Source: Patescibacteria group bacterium (lineage in GTDB: Bacteria; Patescibacteriota; Minisyncoccia; Phycocordibacterales; Phycocordibacteraceae). Taken from it: a stretch of DNA of 64,000 nt. The stretch lies in NCBI GenBank assembly GCA_030837225.1, contig JAUPKX010000005.1:8049-72048 (forward strand), in the 5' to 3' direction. The notes beneath the pieces were generated by a model. It saw nothing but the letters and a program-made list of their open reading frames with translations. It was not told the DNA's origin and made no database searches. The translations under genes and the position numbers were made by a program. Of this stretch, positions 27,978-37,681 are shown one piece after another (the first letter of the stretch is position 1; each line of letters opens with the position of its first letter).

Positions 27978-30035
27978 ATGAATACTCCTAAAATCGTCAT
28001 TACCGGCGGCCTCGGCTTCATTTTCTCCTACGTCACAGAGTACTTCGTTCGGAAGGGCTGGCAGGTGGTGGTCATCGATAATCTGTCTGCGGGGGCTAAT
28101 CCGGACATTATCGACGGCTCCTTTGTCCACCATAACGTCCATACGAGCAATCCGGACATCGTACCTCTCATCATAAAGGAGAACCCTGACTATCTAATCC
28201 ACGCAGCGGCGATCACGGACGTCGATTACTCGACGCTCGAGCCGCATCGTACGATGACCAAGAATACGCTGGGTACGCTGCATGCATTTGAGGCTGCGCG
28301 CAGACTTCCGAACCTCAAAAAGTTCATGTACGTGGCGACTGACGAGATATACGGAGAGTGCGACCGTCCCATGACGGAAGAGGACCTTATTCAACCGAGA
28401 AATCCGTACTCGTGTTCGAAGGCGGTAGGATCCCTGGTGCGGGTCGCGTACGACAACACCTTTCCGATACTAAAGGGTAAGACCGTCGAGACGAGAATGT
28501 GTAACATCTTTGGTGCACGCCAGGATACGCGCAAGATCATGCCGCAGATAAAGAAAAGCCTCGAGGAAGGGTACTCTATCCCACTGCATCAAGACGGGAC
28601 GGGATACCGAGAGTATTTGTATGTAAAGAACGTCGCACCAGCAGTCGACCTCATATTGCGCGAGGGGACCGGCGCGTACAACATCTCGCTCGGGAACGGA
28701 CTTACAGTCCGCGAGCTCATACAGAGAGCAGAGACGCTCACGGGAAAAAAGGTCACGACGCACGAGGCAAATCGTCCGGGTATGGACATGCAGTATCAGG
28801 CTGATGCAACGCGCCTTCTAGATCTCGGCTGGAAGCCGCTCTACACCTTCGACGAAGGACTCAAGGAATATCTCACCGAGCATTCAGAGGAGCAGCAGAA
28901 GAAAACTCTTATTATCGGTACGAACGATCTGCTCATGGCAGGTGCGCAACGACTGGCTATAGATCAGTTGAACGCGGTAGACCGGACTGTGTTCGATGTT
29001 CACCTCGTCGTACTCATGGAGTTTCGGGGTCAGGCAACCTTCGATGATCTGATACCCGACGACGTAACAGTTCACCGCATCCGATACTCAGGACTTGCGG
29101 ATATCGCTGCGTGGCAGCGCCTATATCGAGTCCTTTCTCGCGTACGTCCTGACATCGTTAAGACTGCGACGTTCTTCAGTAACATCACCTTCCTTATTTT
29201 GAAGGTGTTCTTCGGCTATGCAGTTATCGCGGCAGAGCATAATACTGTCCGCGCGAAGCCCACATGGCAGCGTTTCGTTGATCGACTCCTCCTTCCAAGG
29301 GCGTTTACGGTAGTGGCCGATTCGAAGGCGGTGGTTGATTTCGTGAGTTCAACCGAAGGCATCGCACCAGAGAACTTCACCATTATTTACAACGGTGTCG
29401 ATCTTGATGCGGTCCGCTCGAGCAAGGAGCTCTATGCAAGAGATCGCGCAAGCATCCGTGCCGAATACGATATTCCTTCTGACGCGTTTGTTATCTTCAC
29501 TGCGTCAAGGTTGGTCCACCAGAAGAACCATCACCTCATGCTCGAAGGCTTCGCTAAGGTGCGCGATCGAGAGAAGACATACCTCGTTATCGCTGGAGGA
29601 GGGAAGTATGCTGAAGAACTAAAAGTGCTTGCAGAGGAACGAAATATCAGTGATCGTGTCCTCTTCCTTGGTGAGCAGAAGAATCTTCATCGTCTCTATG
29701 CGACTGCTGATATGTTCTTACTCACCTCGAGACACGAGGGTTTCTGCATCGCGGCCATGGAAGGACTTGCGTTCGGTTTGCCGCTCGTGTCCACTCGCGT
29801 GGCAGGAGTGTCCGAATATCTACGGGATGGGGAGAATGGCTTCTTTATCGAGGCAACACCCGAGGACATTGCAGCGAAGATCGAACGAGTTGTTGATTTC
29901 TCTAGCGAAGAGCGCTCAGGCTTTTCGAGGGCTGCAGAGGAGACCGCAGAAAACTACAGCCTTGCGAAGTATGCTGATGAATTCACATCGCTCCTAAAGC
30001 GCATTGTGGGCGATATGGACTATTCGAATGAGTAA
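27978..30035 (+). CDS. Bifunctional fusion of an N-terminal NAD-dependent epimerase/dehydratase (about aa 1-310) and a C-terminal complete GT4 glycosyltransferase (about aa 315-685).
   Basis: 'IVITGGLGFIFSYVTEYFVRKGWQVVVIDNLSAG' and 'YSCSKAVGSL' are SDR epimerase motifs. 'SRHEGFCIAAMEGLAFGLPLVSTRVAGVSEYL' is the GT4 E-x7-E motif. Confidence 0.7.
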   Translation: MNTPKIVITGGLGFIFSYVTEYFVRKGWQVVVIDNLSAGANPDIIDGSFVHHNVHTSNPDIVPLIIKENPDYLIHAAAITDVDYSTLEPHRTMTKNTLGTLHAFEAARRLPNLKKFMYVATDEIYGECDRPMTEEDLIQPRNPYSCSKAVGSLVRVAYDNTFPILKGKTVETRMCNIFGARQDTRKIMPQIKKSLEEGYSIPLHQDGTGYREYLYVKNVAPAVDLILREGTGAYNISLGNGLTVRELIQRAETLTGKKVTTHEANRPGMDMQYQADATRLLDLGWKPLYTFDEGLKEYLTEHSEEQQKKTLIIGTNDLLMAGAQRLAIDQLNAVDRTVFDVHLVVLMEFRGQATFDDLIPDDVTVHRIRYSGLADIAAWQRLYRVLSRVRPDIVKTATFFSNITFLILKVFFGYAVIAAEHNTVRAKPTWQRFVDRLLLPRAFTVVADSKAVVDFVSSTEGIAPENFTIIYNGVDLDAVRSSKELYARDRASIRAEYDIPSDAFVIFTASRLVHQKNHHLMLEGFAKVRDREKTYLVIAGGGKYAEELKVLAEERNISDRVLFLGEQKNLHRLYATADMFLLTSRHEGFCIAAMEGLAFGLPLVSTRVAGVSEYLRDGENGFFIEATPEDIAAKIERVVDFSSEERSGFSRAAEETAENYSLAKYADEFTSLLKRIVGDMDYSNE

Positions 30036-30813
30036 GCAGTACCGACCGGTGCGCTCAGTACTTCTCGCGATCCTTGCAATCGTATCTCATCTTGTGCCCG
30101 CGAGGCCTCGTATGACTGTGCTGGTATATCACGGGATTACGTCGGGTACGGATTTCTTCGCAGTTAAGCCAAAGGAGTTTGAACGCCAGCTTGAACACCT
30201 CACGAAGCGATACACGGTTGTTCCACTTGAACGCGCATTCCGGCATGCGGCGGGCGAGCCCGCAACGGAAGACAGTGTCGCACTGACGTTCGATGATGGG
30301 TACAAGAACTTCTTAACTGATGCGGTGCCGCTTCTCTGTGCGCATAACGCCCCGGCAACTGTCTTCGTACTCTCAGGTACGCCTGGCGCAGCAGACATCG
30401 GCAACGACGCTCCACTCCTTGCTACTGAGGACTTTGCGTCCGTCGCCTCCTCAACGATAGGGGTTGGTTCGCATGGAGAGACACACAAAAAACTTGCAAA
30501 GCTGTCCTACGAGGAAGCGCTCCGTGAGATGCGAGATTCAAAGCGCGTCATCGAGACTCAGTATGGGGTACCAGTGCGTTACCTTGCGTATCCGAAGGGG
30601 AGCTATAACGCTCAGACTATGCAAGCAGCGGAGCGTGCAGGCTACAAGGGTGCGGTTTCGGTAGTCGAGCGTAGCGTTAAGGTGGGAGATCTGGCGTACG
30701 CCCTGCCGCGCGTGCAGATCGACGCATCGACCTCACTCGCCGATTTCAAGGCCAAGCTCACGCCCGCCGCTGACTGGTATTATTGGCTCTGGAGTACATT
30801 TAAACGACATTAA
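30004..30813 (+). CDS. Polysaccharide deacetylase (NodB homology domain). An alternative start at 'MSKQY' lies near 30028.
   Basis: 'LTFDDGYKNFLTDAVPLL...ATVFV' and 'HGETH' NodB-type motifs. Confidence 0.7.
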   Translation: MWAIWTIRMSKQYRPVRSVLLAILAIVSHLVPARPRMTVLVYHGITSGTDFFAVKPKEFERQLEHLTKRYTVVPLERAFRHAAGEPATEDSVALTFDDGYKNFLTDAVPLLCAHNAPATVFVLSGTPGAADIGNDAPLLATEDFASVASSTIGVGSHGETHKKLAKLSYEEALREMRDSKRVIETQYGVPVRYLAYPKGSYNAQTMQAAERAGYKGAVSVVERSVKVGDLAYALPRVQIDASTSLADFKAKLTPAADWYYWLWSTFKRH

Positions 30814-30828
30814 GCGAGATACGGTATC

Positions 30829-31488
30829 ATGTACCCAATGTTCATCGGCGTATGGAAACAGCTTGCAGCGGGGAAGACGCCGCTCCGGGCACTCATGAAT
30901 CAGGCGCTTTCTGCGCATACACTCTCGACCGGAGTAGTGGTTGATCTCGGTGGCGGTAAAAATCCAAGCTACCTCAACTTCCTAAAAGGAGTAAAAGAAG
31001 CGACGTTACAGACGATCGATATGCAGCACGGGGTAGGCGAAGCACGGCTCATCGACTTCGAGAAGGATATGCTCCCTTACGTAGACAACAGTGTCGACCA
31101 GGTGCTCATGCTGAACGTGCTCGAGCATATCTATAATCATGAGTTCTTTGTCCAAGAGACACGTCGTATCCTGAAGGACGGTTCGACTGTCATAGGATTC
31201 GTCCCGTTCCTCATCAATTATCATGCGGACCCGCATGATTATTTCCGCTACACGCACGAGGCTCTGAAGCGCATATTTGCCGACACAGGATTCACCGAGA
31301 GTCGTATCGAGACGATCGGTGGCGGCCCTATGCTTCTGAATTTCAATACTATCGCGTCCTTCGCTCCACGCCTCGTTACGACGATACTTTGGCCCTTCTA
31401 CTACGCGCTCGATTGCTCCCTGCTTCGTATAAAGCCAGGCTTCAAGAAGCGGTTCCCGCTCGGGTACCTGTTCGTACTTACGAAGTAG
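30829..31488 (+). CDS. Class I SAM-dependent methyltransferase.
   Basis: 'VVDLGGGKNP' motif I and 'VLMLNVLEHI' motif are typical of Methyltransf_11/23. Confidence 0.65.
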   Translation: MYPMFIGVWKQLAAGKTPLRALMNQALSAHTLSTGVVVDLGGGKNPSYLNFLKGVKEATLQTIDMQHGVGEARLIDFEKDMLPYVDNSVDQVLMLNVLEHIYNHEFFVQETRRILKDGSTVIGFVPFLINYHADPHDYFRYTHEALKRIFADTGFTESRIETIGGGPMLLNFNTIASFAPRLVTTILWPFYYALDCSLLRIKPGFKKRFPLGYLFVLTK

Positions 31489-31492
31489 CACC

Positions 31493-32299
31493 ATGGAAAA
31501 GATACAGGCAACGGTCGGCATCCTGACCTTCAATTCAGGAAATACGCTCGCCCGCGCGCTAGAGTCTGTGCAGAATTTTGCTGATATCGTCATCTGCGAT
31601 GGAGGGTCTGCTGATGACACGCTCGACATCGCGGCGTCCTTTGGTGCTCGCGTAATAACGCAAGACAGAAACTTCCAAAACGGGAACGGCGTGTTGCGGG
31701 ACTATGCAGGAGTCCGTAACCAATGCCTCGATACTGCGGTCTTCGATTGGTTTCTGTATATCGATTCGGACGAGCAAGCGACGCCCGAGCTTGTTGCGGA
31801 GATTTGCAGGATTACTGAACAGAGAGAGCCCGTATTCCTTGTCTACAATGTCTCGCCTCGTATCGTGCTCGATGGTGTTCGGATACAACACTCATCGAAT
31901 TACCCTGGCTGGCAGAACCGTTTCTTCAATAAGAGAAGTGGTGCTCGGTTCCGTAAGGCTGTGCACGAGCGCATCGATTACGACAAAGCGGAGTATCCGG
32001 CAGGCTTTCTAAAGGGGCACTGGCTCTACTTCATCTCAAACAATCAGGACGGGGTGAAGAACAGGAAGTATGCGTATATGGACGCGACGCATCATGCTAC
32101 GAAGAAGTCTTCCGTGTTCCTTGTTCTCGTAGGGAAGCGGCTCATTGTGCTCCTGAAGGCAGTGCTGAAGATCCTTTATAACCGCGTGCGCTATGGTAAC
32201 AAGGCTAATCTTCCTCTCGTGCTCGAGTTCACGCGCGTGCAGTACCATATCTATTTCTTACAAGCGCTTGCAAGACACTTCTTTAACCGAACATCATGA
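31493..32299 (+). CDS. GT2-family glycosyltransferase.
   Basis: 'VGILTFNSGNTLARALESV...IVICDGGSADDTLDIA' and the 'DSDE' DxD region. Confidence 0.7.
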   Translation: MEKIQATVGILTFNSGNTLARALESVQNFADIVICDGGSADDTLDIAASFGARVITQDRNFQNGNGVLRDYAGVRNQCLDTAVFDWFLYIDSDEQATPELVAEICRITEQREPVFLVYNVSPRIVLDGVRIQHSSNYPGWQNRFFNKRSGARFRKAVHERIDYDKAEYPAGFLKGHWLYFISNNQDGVKNRKYAYMDATHHATKKSSVFLVLVGKRLIVLLKAVLKILYNRVRYGNKANLPLVLEFTRVQYHIYFLQALARHFFNRTS

Positions 32300-33396
32300 G
32301 GATCGCCTACCTCGCTAACGTGCGGATACCAACGGAGCGTGCCTACGGCCTGCAGATCATGAAGACCTGCGAGGCGCTCGCGAACGCAGGTGCAGATGTG
32401 ACGCTTGTGACACCGTTTCGCCGGAACACGCTTACAGATGAAGCTTTCTCGTATTACAACGTTTCCCCTGTTTTCAGGCTACTTACATTGCGCACGCCGG
32501 ACTTGGTGAGCTTCGGACCTCTCGGCTTCTTATTATCGACCTTCTTTTTCGCCGAAGCAGCGCGATGGAAGAAGGAGTTCTTCGAAGCTGATCTCGTCTA
32601 CTCACGCGATGCTCTCGTGCTTATACAGTACGTGCTCCTGCAAAAGCCGTTCGTGTTCGAAGCGCATGCGAAGCCTTCGTTCGCGTCTCGCGTTGTAGCC
32701 AAAAAGGCCCGAAATGTCGTGGTGATCTCCAACGGTCTACGCCGTGCATATGAAGCGGCAGGAATCCCTCCTGAGCGCATTACCGTTGCGCCGGATGCTG
32801 TCGATGAGCATCTATTCGACGGGGTGCCGGACCGTTTTGCGGCGAGAATAGCCCTCAAGCTTCCTTCGGAAGCCAGTATCGTAGTGTACGCAGGCCATCT
32901 TTATCCTCGTAAGGGAGCGGTAACGCTGGCTCGAGCAGCGACACACCTTTCTGGGATTGAGATTGTATTTGTCGGAGGCACATCGACTGATATAGCAGCC
33001 TTCAAGAAGGAGTGGGGAGTCCAGAAGAACATACGTATCGTTGGGCACGTGCCGCACGCGCAAGTAGCGTGGTATTTGCGTGCTGCTGACGTGCTTGTGC
33101 TGCCGAATTCTGGTAAGGACACGGATTCTGCGGAGTTCACCTCACCCATGAAGCTCTTCGAGTACATGGCATCCGGCACGCCGATCGTCGCATCAGATGT
33201 GCTCTCCTTGAGAGAGGTACTCAATGACGGAACCGCTATGCTCGTATCGCCTGACGATGCTCAGGCGCTTGCTGAAGCAGTGTCAGGGGCGCTTTCGAAT
33301 CGGGAGGCTATGGGGGAAAAAGCAGAAAAAGCTCTCGCGCGGGTCAAAGACTATACGTGGACCGAGCGCGCCAAAAGAATCCTTACGACGTGTTAG
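32296..33396 (+). CDS. GT4-family glycosyltransferase.
   Basis: GT-B organisation with the C-terminal 'FTSPMKLFEYMASGTPIVASDV' motif. Confidence 0.75.
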   Translation: MRIAYLANVRIPTERAYGLQIMKTCEALANAGADVTLVTPFRRNTLTDEAFSYYNVSPVFRLLTLRTPDLVSFGPLGFLLSTFFFAEAARWKKEFFEADLVYSRDALVLIQYVLLQKPFVFEAHAKPSFASRVVAKKARNVVVISNGLRRAYEAAGIPPERITVAPDAVDEHLFDGVPDRFAARIALKLPSEASIVVYAGHLYPRKGAVTLARAATHLSGIEIVFVGGTSTDIAAFKKEWGVQKNIRIVGHVPHAQVAWYLRAADVLVLPNSGKDTDSAEFTSPMKLFEYMASGTPIVASDVLSLREVLNDGTAMLVSPDDAQALAEAVSGALSNREAMGEKAEKALARVKDYTWTERAKRILTTC

Positions 33397-34672
33397 TGGA
33401 GCCTGCGCGTAGGAAATAACCACGGACCAGGAACGCGCTTGTTGCGAGCGAGAATCCGCGCGCGATGATGCGCGCCACAATCGCGCCAACAAGGCCAAAA
33501 AGGATTGTAAAGACGATCAGTGCTGCGATCTGGATAATCGGCGTCGCGATATTGAATATGTAGAGCTCGCGTTTGGCAGCGTGTGCTTGAAGAAGGGCGG
33601 TCGGTATGGTCGCCGAAGTCATGATGAGCGATAGTGCGAAGAACTGGGAGTACCCGACAGCGTTCATATAGGTCGGCAGGAAGAGCGAGAAGGCGAATGG
33701 AGCGATAACGATATAGGCGAGCGACGCTACGCCGAGTACGCCAGTGAACGCCCATAGACGGCTCCAGAAATTACTGCGTATCTCGTCGATGCTTCGGTTA
33801 GCGAACTTCGGCATCGCGAGGGTGGAGACCGCACTGAAGAGGCCGCGTACCTGTTCTGGCATCGCTGTCGCAATCGCGTAGACAGCGAGCTGTACCGCGC
33901 CGAGGAAATGGAACACCACGAGCTTGTCGATCTGTGCCGCTATGGTCGTCAAGAGATTCATTGCACTGAAGTGCCCGATCAGCGAGCGAAGGTCTGGACT
34001 TAGGCGATCGTTCGGGCGGTAGACAACGTAGGTGTACGCGTACAGCGACATGCCAGTGAGCACTGTAAGACAGAGGTACATGAGGAGGAATACAACCGGG
34101 CTTTGGGTGTAGAACATGGCAATCCCAAGGCCGATAGCGGGGACGGCAGCGAACACGATTCCAAGCAAGGTCATCGCCTTGAAGTTTTTCTTGCCGGAGA
34201 GGTAGGCACCAAAGAGATAGGACGGCTGGAGAAGTGGACCTAGCAAGCCGATAACGAAGAAGCCGCTCGAAAGCAGCACGTTGTCCATGAAGAGATAGTA
34301 GAGGCTCGCGACAAAGGAGATGGCCATGAGGGGTAAACCACCAATGATGCTCCACAGAAAGGAGTGACGGAATGCACCTTCGAATCCGCGGGCAACGGCC
34401 TGGGAAAGGGCCGCAGGGAGCCCGGTCAGAGTGAATGCGGCAAGGATCCATAGGGCCGCGAGTAGGTAGCGGTAGGTGCCGTATACTTCCGGAGACACGA
34501 ACTGTGCGAACCCGATAACAAGAAGTAGCGCGATAAGACCGCTCGCGAGCTGGTCAATCGTGAGCCACAAGCCGCCGATGCTCAGGTATTTAAGATCTGT
34601 GCGCATAGTGCGCTCGAAGAAGCCGAAGATCCGGTTCCGTTTGGGCGAGGGCGTGCTAGGGTCAGGAGGCAT
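33383..34672 (-). CDS. Polysaccharide biosynthesis protein / oligosaccharide flippase (MOP superfamily, Wzx-like).
   Basis: About 12 predicted TM helices across 429 aa with a typical Wzx-like hydrophobic profile. Confidence 0.65.
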   Translation of the reverse strand: MPPDPSTPSPKRNRIFGFFERTMRTDLKYLSIGGLWLTIDQLASGLIALLLVIGFAQFVSPEVYGTYRYLLAALWILAAFTLTGLPAALSQAVARGFEGAFRHSFLWSIIGGLPLMAISFVASLYYLFMDNVLLSSGFFVIGLLGPLLQPSYLFGAYLSGKKNFKAMTLLGIVFAAVPAIGLGIAMFYTQSPVVFLLMYLCLTVLTGMSLYAYTYVVYRPNDRLSPDLRSLIGHFSAMNLLTTIAAQIDKLVVFHFLGAVQLAVYAIATAMPEQVRGLFSAVSTLAMPKFANRSIDEIRSNFWSRLWAFTGVLGVASLAYIVIAPFAFSLFLPTYMNAVGYSQFFALSLIMTSATIPTALLQAHAAKRELYIFNIATPIIQIAALIVFTILFGLVGAIVARIIARGFSLATSAFLVRGYFLRAGSTNTS

Positions 34673-34745
34673 GACTTCAGTACTCTTATGGTAACACCGC
34701 CCGTGTATTCATAGGTTTCAGTAATGCTCTGGTATAGTACGCGTC

Positions 34746-35537
34746 ATGGAAAGCTCCTATAATCGCACTGAGACCGCGCGCCGGTATGTGGAGTCGCGTT
34801 TCCCGAATGCTTCACCGGCTGAACGGGAGAAGATAATAAAGGACTGGGAGACGAAGCCGAAGCAGTCAGTAGGTATCGCTGCGGATTTCGAAGTGCGCGC
34901 TCATTCACTTAAAGATGCTCGGGTGCTCGATGCCGGATCAGGGAACGGAGGTATCGGTATTGCGTTCGCTGCACGTGGTGCCCTCGTCGAGGGTGTCGAC
35001 ATCGAGGAAGAGCTTGTCGAGGTTGCGCGTTCAGAAGCGCTGGCCGCTAACTCGTCTGCGGCATTCCGCTGGTACGAAGGGACCACGCTCCCGTTTACGG
35101 ACCATACATTTGATGCTGTGCTCTCCGTGAGTGTTATAGAGCATGTGAGTGATCCGGTGCGCTATTTCAGCGAGATCCTGCGAGTCGTAAAACCCGGAGG
35201 TGTACTGTATCTCGCGTTCCCGAATCGCTTGGTACCAGTGGAGACGCACACTGGCCTCTTTGGTCTCTCGTATCTGCCTGCACCACTCGCTCGGGTATAC
35301 GCGCGTGCAACCGGACACAATCCGATCGAGGATAATAATCTCCATTTCTATACGTACTGGGATATGCGTCGCTTGCTCGCGGCCGCTAGTGTTGAAGGGC
35401 GCGCTTGGAAGATACGTGAAGAAGAAGGGAAGAGTACGAGCGTCCGGGTGCGCTTCCTGAAGCATGTACTTGGCGTATTCGGTATTCCACACCAGGCTCT
35501 CTTGCCGCACGTGATGCTTCTAGTCGAAGCGACGTAG
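34746..35537 (+). CDS. Class I SAM-dependent methyltransferase.
   Basis: 'VLDAGSGNGGIGIAFAARGALVEGVDI' motif I/II and 'LSVSVIEHV'. Confidence 0.65.
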   Translation: MESSYNRTETARRYVESRFPNASPAEREKIIKDWETKPKQSVGIAADFEVRAHSLKDARVLDAGSGNGGIGIAFAARGALVEGVDIEEELVEVARSEALAANSSAAFRWYEGTTLPFTDHTFDAVLSVSVIEHVSDPVRYFSEILRVVKPGGVLYLAFPNRLVPVETHTGLFGLSYLPAPLARVYARATGHNPIEDNNLHFYTYWDMRRLLAAASVEGRAWKIREEEGKSTSVRVRFLKHVLGVFGIPHQALLPHVMLLVEAT

Positions 35538-36923
35538 CTCGGGAGGGGCGAAGAGTTTCCTGCCACGCATCCTGTTCTGGTTTATGAGCGATGCTGCGCC
35601 GAACGCTGTCATGAGGATGAATGGCTCAACCGGCATACGGTAGCGCGCGTGTGCGATAGGTCCCGTCACAAGTGCGAAGTACATCGTGAACGAAAACAGC
35701 ACCCAGGCAAGTCTCCGATTAGGAGAGCGCCACAAGCCGATGATCATCAGAAGGGTAATGATGCCCCAGAACATATTCTCTGCGAGGGTCCAGCCATGAT
35801 TCTCGAGTACGGTCAGGAGCATCGGAAGCGAGAAAGGATACAGCGCCTGGATTAGGGACGGCTCTGGCTCAGGATCGAAGGTCGGGTGGAGAGCCTCCGC
35901 GAAGAACCAATAGTTCTGGGCACCACTTGAGAGGAAGAACTGGAGGAAGGTCGAGAGATGGAAGATCGCGTAACGGACAGGATGCTCGCTGATGACTTCT
36001 ATCGCAACTTCTTTTAGTGCTGCGCCGCTCGCGAAGTCCATCGGTACGGGTCCTGGAGGGAAGCCCGCACGCTCGAGAAGGGTATAGCGCGCCTCTATGT
36101 TCGATACGTCGGTGAGTGATTCGTAGAACTGAACTGCATTCTGTCGGAAGAGCACGAAGGGTCCGGTTGATGCGAAGGAGAAGTGGTCGAACACTTCGTA
36201 GTTTCGGTAATACCACGGGAGAAGTGCGGCGACGAACACCACGGACAAGAGCGCGAGCGCGGTGAGATGTCGTCGCGTGATTGATCCCCACCCAATGAAG
36301 AAAACGAGGTAGGCACCGATGAAGAAAGGAATGATATACAAGGACGCCGGACGAATGTAGGTGGCGACAGCAAGAAGGAGTCCAGCAATCGCGAAGCGCA
36401 CGAACTCGCCTTGCCACCTCGAGAAGAAGCAGAGATACACCGCGAGCATAAAGCAGAAGATGAACAGGGTCTCGGTCAGGAGAGAGGCAACAGCAAGGAG
36501 TGTTCCAGGGAGAAGGAGATAGAGGAGGGTAAGTGCGAAGGCCCAGCGTCTGTCCATAAACTTCTGCGCCATGGCATTGAGCAGGAGAAGTGTGAGGTAA
36601 AGGATGATGACCTGAGCTATGAGTACCGGATAGAAGCTCCCTAACAAGGCGTAGAAGGGTGCAAGGAACGCAGGGTAGCCGGGCGTTCGCCACGCATCAG
36701 GCTCGAGTGGAGTGCTGGTGCTCAGAGAGAAGACCCTGGAGTCCACCATATTTCGAGCGAGAGTCCCGAACTCTCCTGACATGGTGCCGGTAAGTGCCGG
36801 AAATTCTGTAGAAACAGGTTCTCCTGCACTGTTTGCGACATTCGTGAGGTACAGAAGACTCGCTCCTGCAGCGAGCACAGTTACTATAAAAAGGAACAAG
36901 AATGGTCGTGATCCGGTGAGCAT
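35520..36923 (-). CDS. Integral-membrane GT-C-fold glycosyltransferase (ArnT/PMT/GtrC-like polyprenol-phosphate-sugar-dependent transferase).
   Basis: 467 aa with about 11 TM helices and loop regions. The operon context with the GT2 polyprenol-P-sugar synthase and GtrA supports the role. The family assignment is inferred, not motif-proven. Confidence 0.5.
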   Translation of the reverse strand: MLTGSRPFLFLFIVTVLAAGASLLYLTNVANSAGEPVSTEFPALTGTMSGEFGTLARNMVDSRVFSLSTSTPLEPDAWRTPGYPAFLAPFYALLGSFYPVLIAQVIILYLTLLLLNAMAQKFMDRRWAFALTLLYLLLPGTLLAVASLLTETLFIFCFMLAVYLCFFSRWQGEFVRFAIAGLLLAVATYIRPASLYIIPFFIGAYLVFFIGWGSITRRHLTALALLSVVFVAALLPWYYRNYEVFDHFSFASTGPFVLFRQNAVQFYESLTDVSNIEARYTLLERAGFPPGPVPMDFASGAALKEVAIEVISEHPVRYAIFHLSTFLQFFLSSGAQNYWFFAEALHPTFDPEPEPSLIQALYPFSLPMLLTVLENHGWTLAENMFWGIITLLMIIGLWRSPNRRLAWVLFSFTMYFALVTGPIAHARYRMPVEPFILMTAFGAASLINQNRMRGRKLFAPPELRRFD

Positions 36924-36928
36924 AAAGA

Positions 36929-37603
36929 TTAGTCTATAAAGCGATAGATAATAACGGCGAACAGAATGCGGAAGCCATCACGCCAGTTGATTTTCTTTCC
37001 TTCATTGTAGTCCCTAGGTGCGTAGGAAATAGGGACTTCAACCAGACGAAAGCGCTTCTTGAGGAGCTTCGCGATCAGTTCGTGCTCGTAGGCGAATCCG
37101 TCCGAACGAACCGTAACCGAGTCCACGCCCGTTTTCGTGAAGAGTTTGTAGCCTCCAGTGTATTCGGAGACGCGCGCCCCATACAACACGTTTGTGGCGA
37201 TGGTGATCGCATGATTCCCGAGCTTGTAGAAGAGTCCCCGTTTAGGGTTCCTTGGACGTACACCCGTTACTAAGTCTGCGCGTCCTGAAAATAATGGCTC
37301 GAGAAGCGCAGGGAAGTCGGCAGGATCGTACTCGAGATCAGCATCCTGAATGAGTAAGAAGTCTCCCGTGGCATGCTTGAAGCCGGTACGGACCGCCGCG
37401 CCTTTTCCGGGCCTCTTTTCTCTAAAGACACGAACGCCCGCAAAGGCGCTCGCGATAGCGTAGGTTTCGTCCGTGGAGTTATTATCGACGACGATAATTT
37501 CCTTGGTGGCGTTTCCGATAGTGGCGCGCTGTACCCGCTCAATTACCTCCTTGAGCGTCCGTTCTTCGTTAAAGGCAGGAATGACAATGGATACCGAGGA
37601 CAT
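36929..37603 (-). CDS. GT2 polyprenol-phosphate sugar synthase (dolichol-phosphate mannosyltransferase / GtrB-like).
   Basis: 'VSIVIPAFNEE', 'IIVVDNNSTDET' and 'IQDADLEYDP' are canonical DPM1/GtrB motifs. Confidence 0.75.
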   Translation of the reverse strand: MSSVSIVIPAFNEERTLKEVIERVQRATIGNATKEIIVVDNNSTDETYAIASAFAGVRVFREKRPGKGAAVRTGFKHATGDFLLIQDADLEYDPADFPALLEPLFSGRADLVTGVRPRNPKRGLFYKLGNHAITIATNVLYGARVSEYTGGYKLFTKTGVDSVTVRSDGFAYEHELIAKLLKKRFRLVEVPISYAPRDYNEGKKINWRDGFRILFAVIIYRFID

Positions 37604-37681
37604 TGGAGCGGTGAATTACCAAAACTATACCACGCGGTATTTCTTTGACGTGCCCGACCCCGTATACTCAGAGGTACTGCT

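Noticed and set aside
33393-34451. Minus-strand ORFs 33393-33755 and 33798-34451 overlapping the Wzx-like flippase frame.
   Set aside because: They are Arg/Pro/Cys-rich out-of-frame products. The flippase frame gives a coherent 12-TM protein.
35869-36693. Minus-strand 274-aa ORF (Arg/Pro/Leu-rich) overlapping the GT-C membrane protein gene in another frame.
   Set aside because: It is an alternative frame of a GC-rich membrane protein gene. The multi-TM frame (35520-36923) has by far the better coding features.
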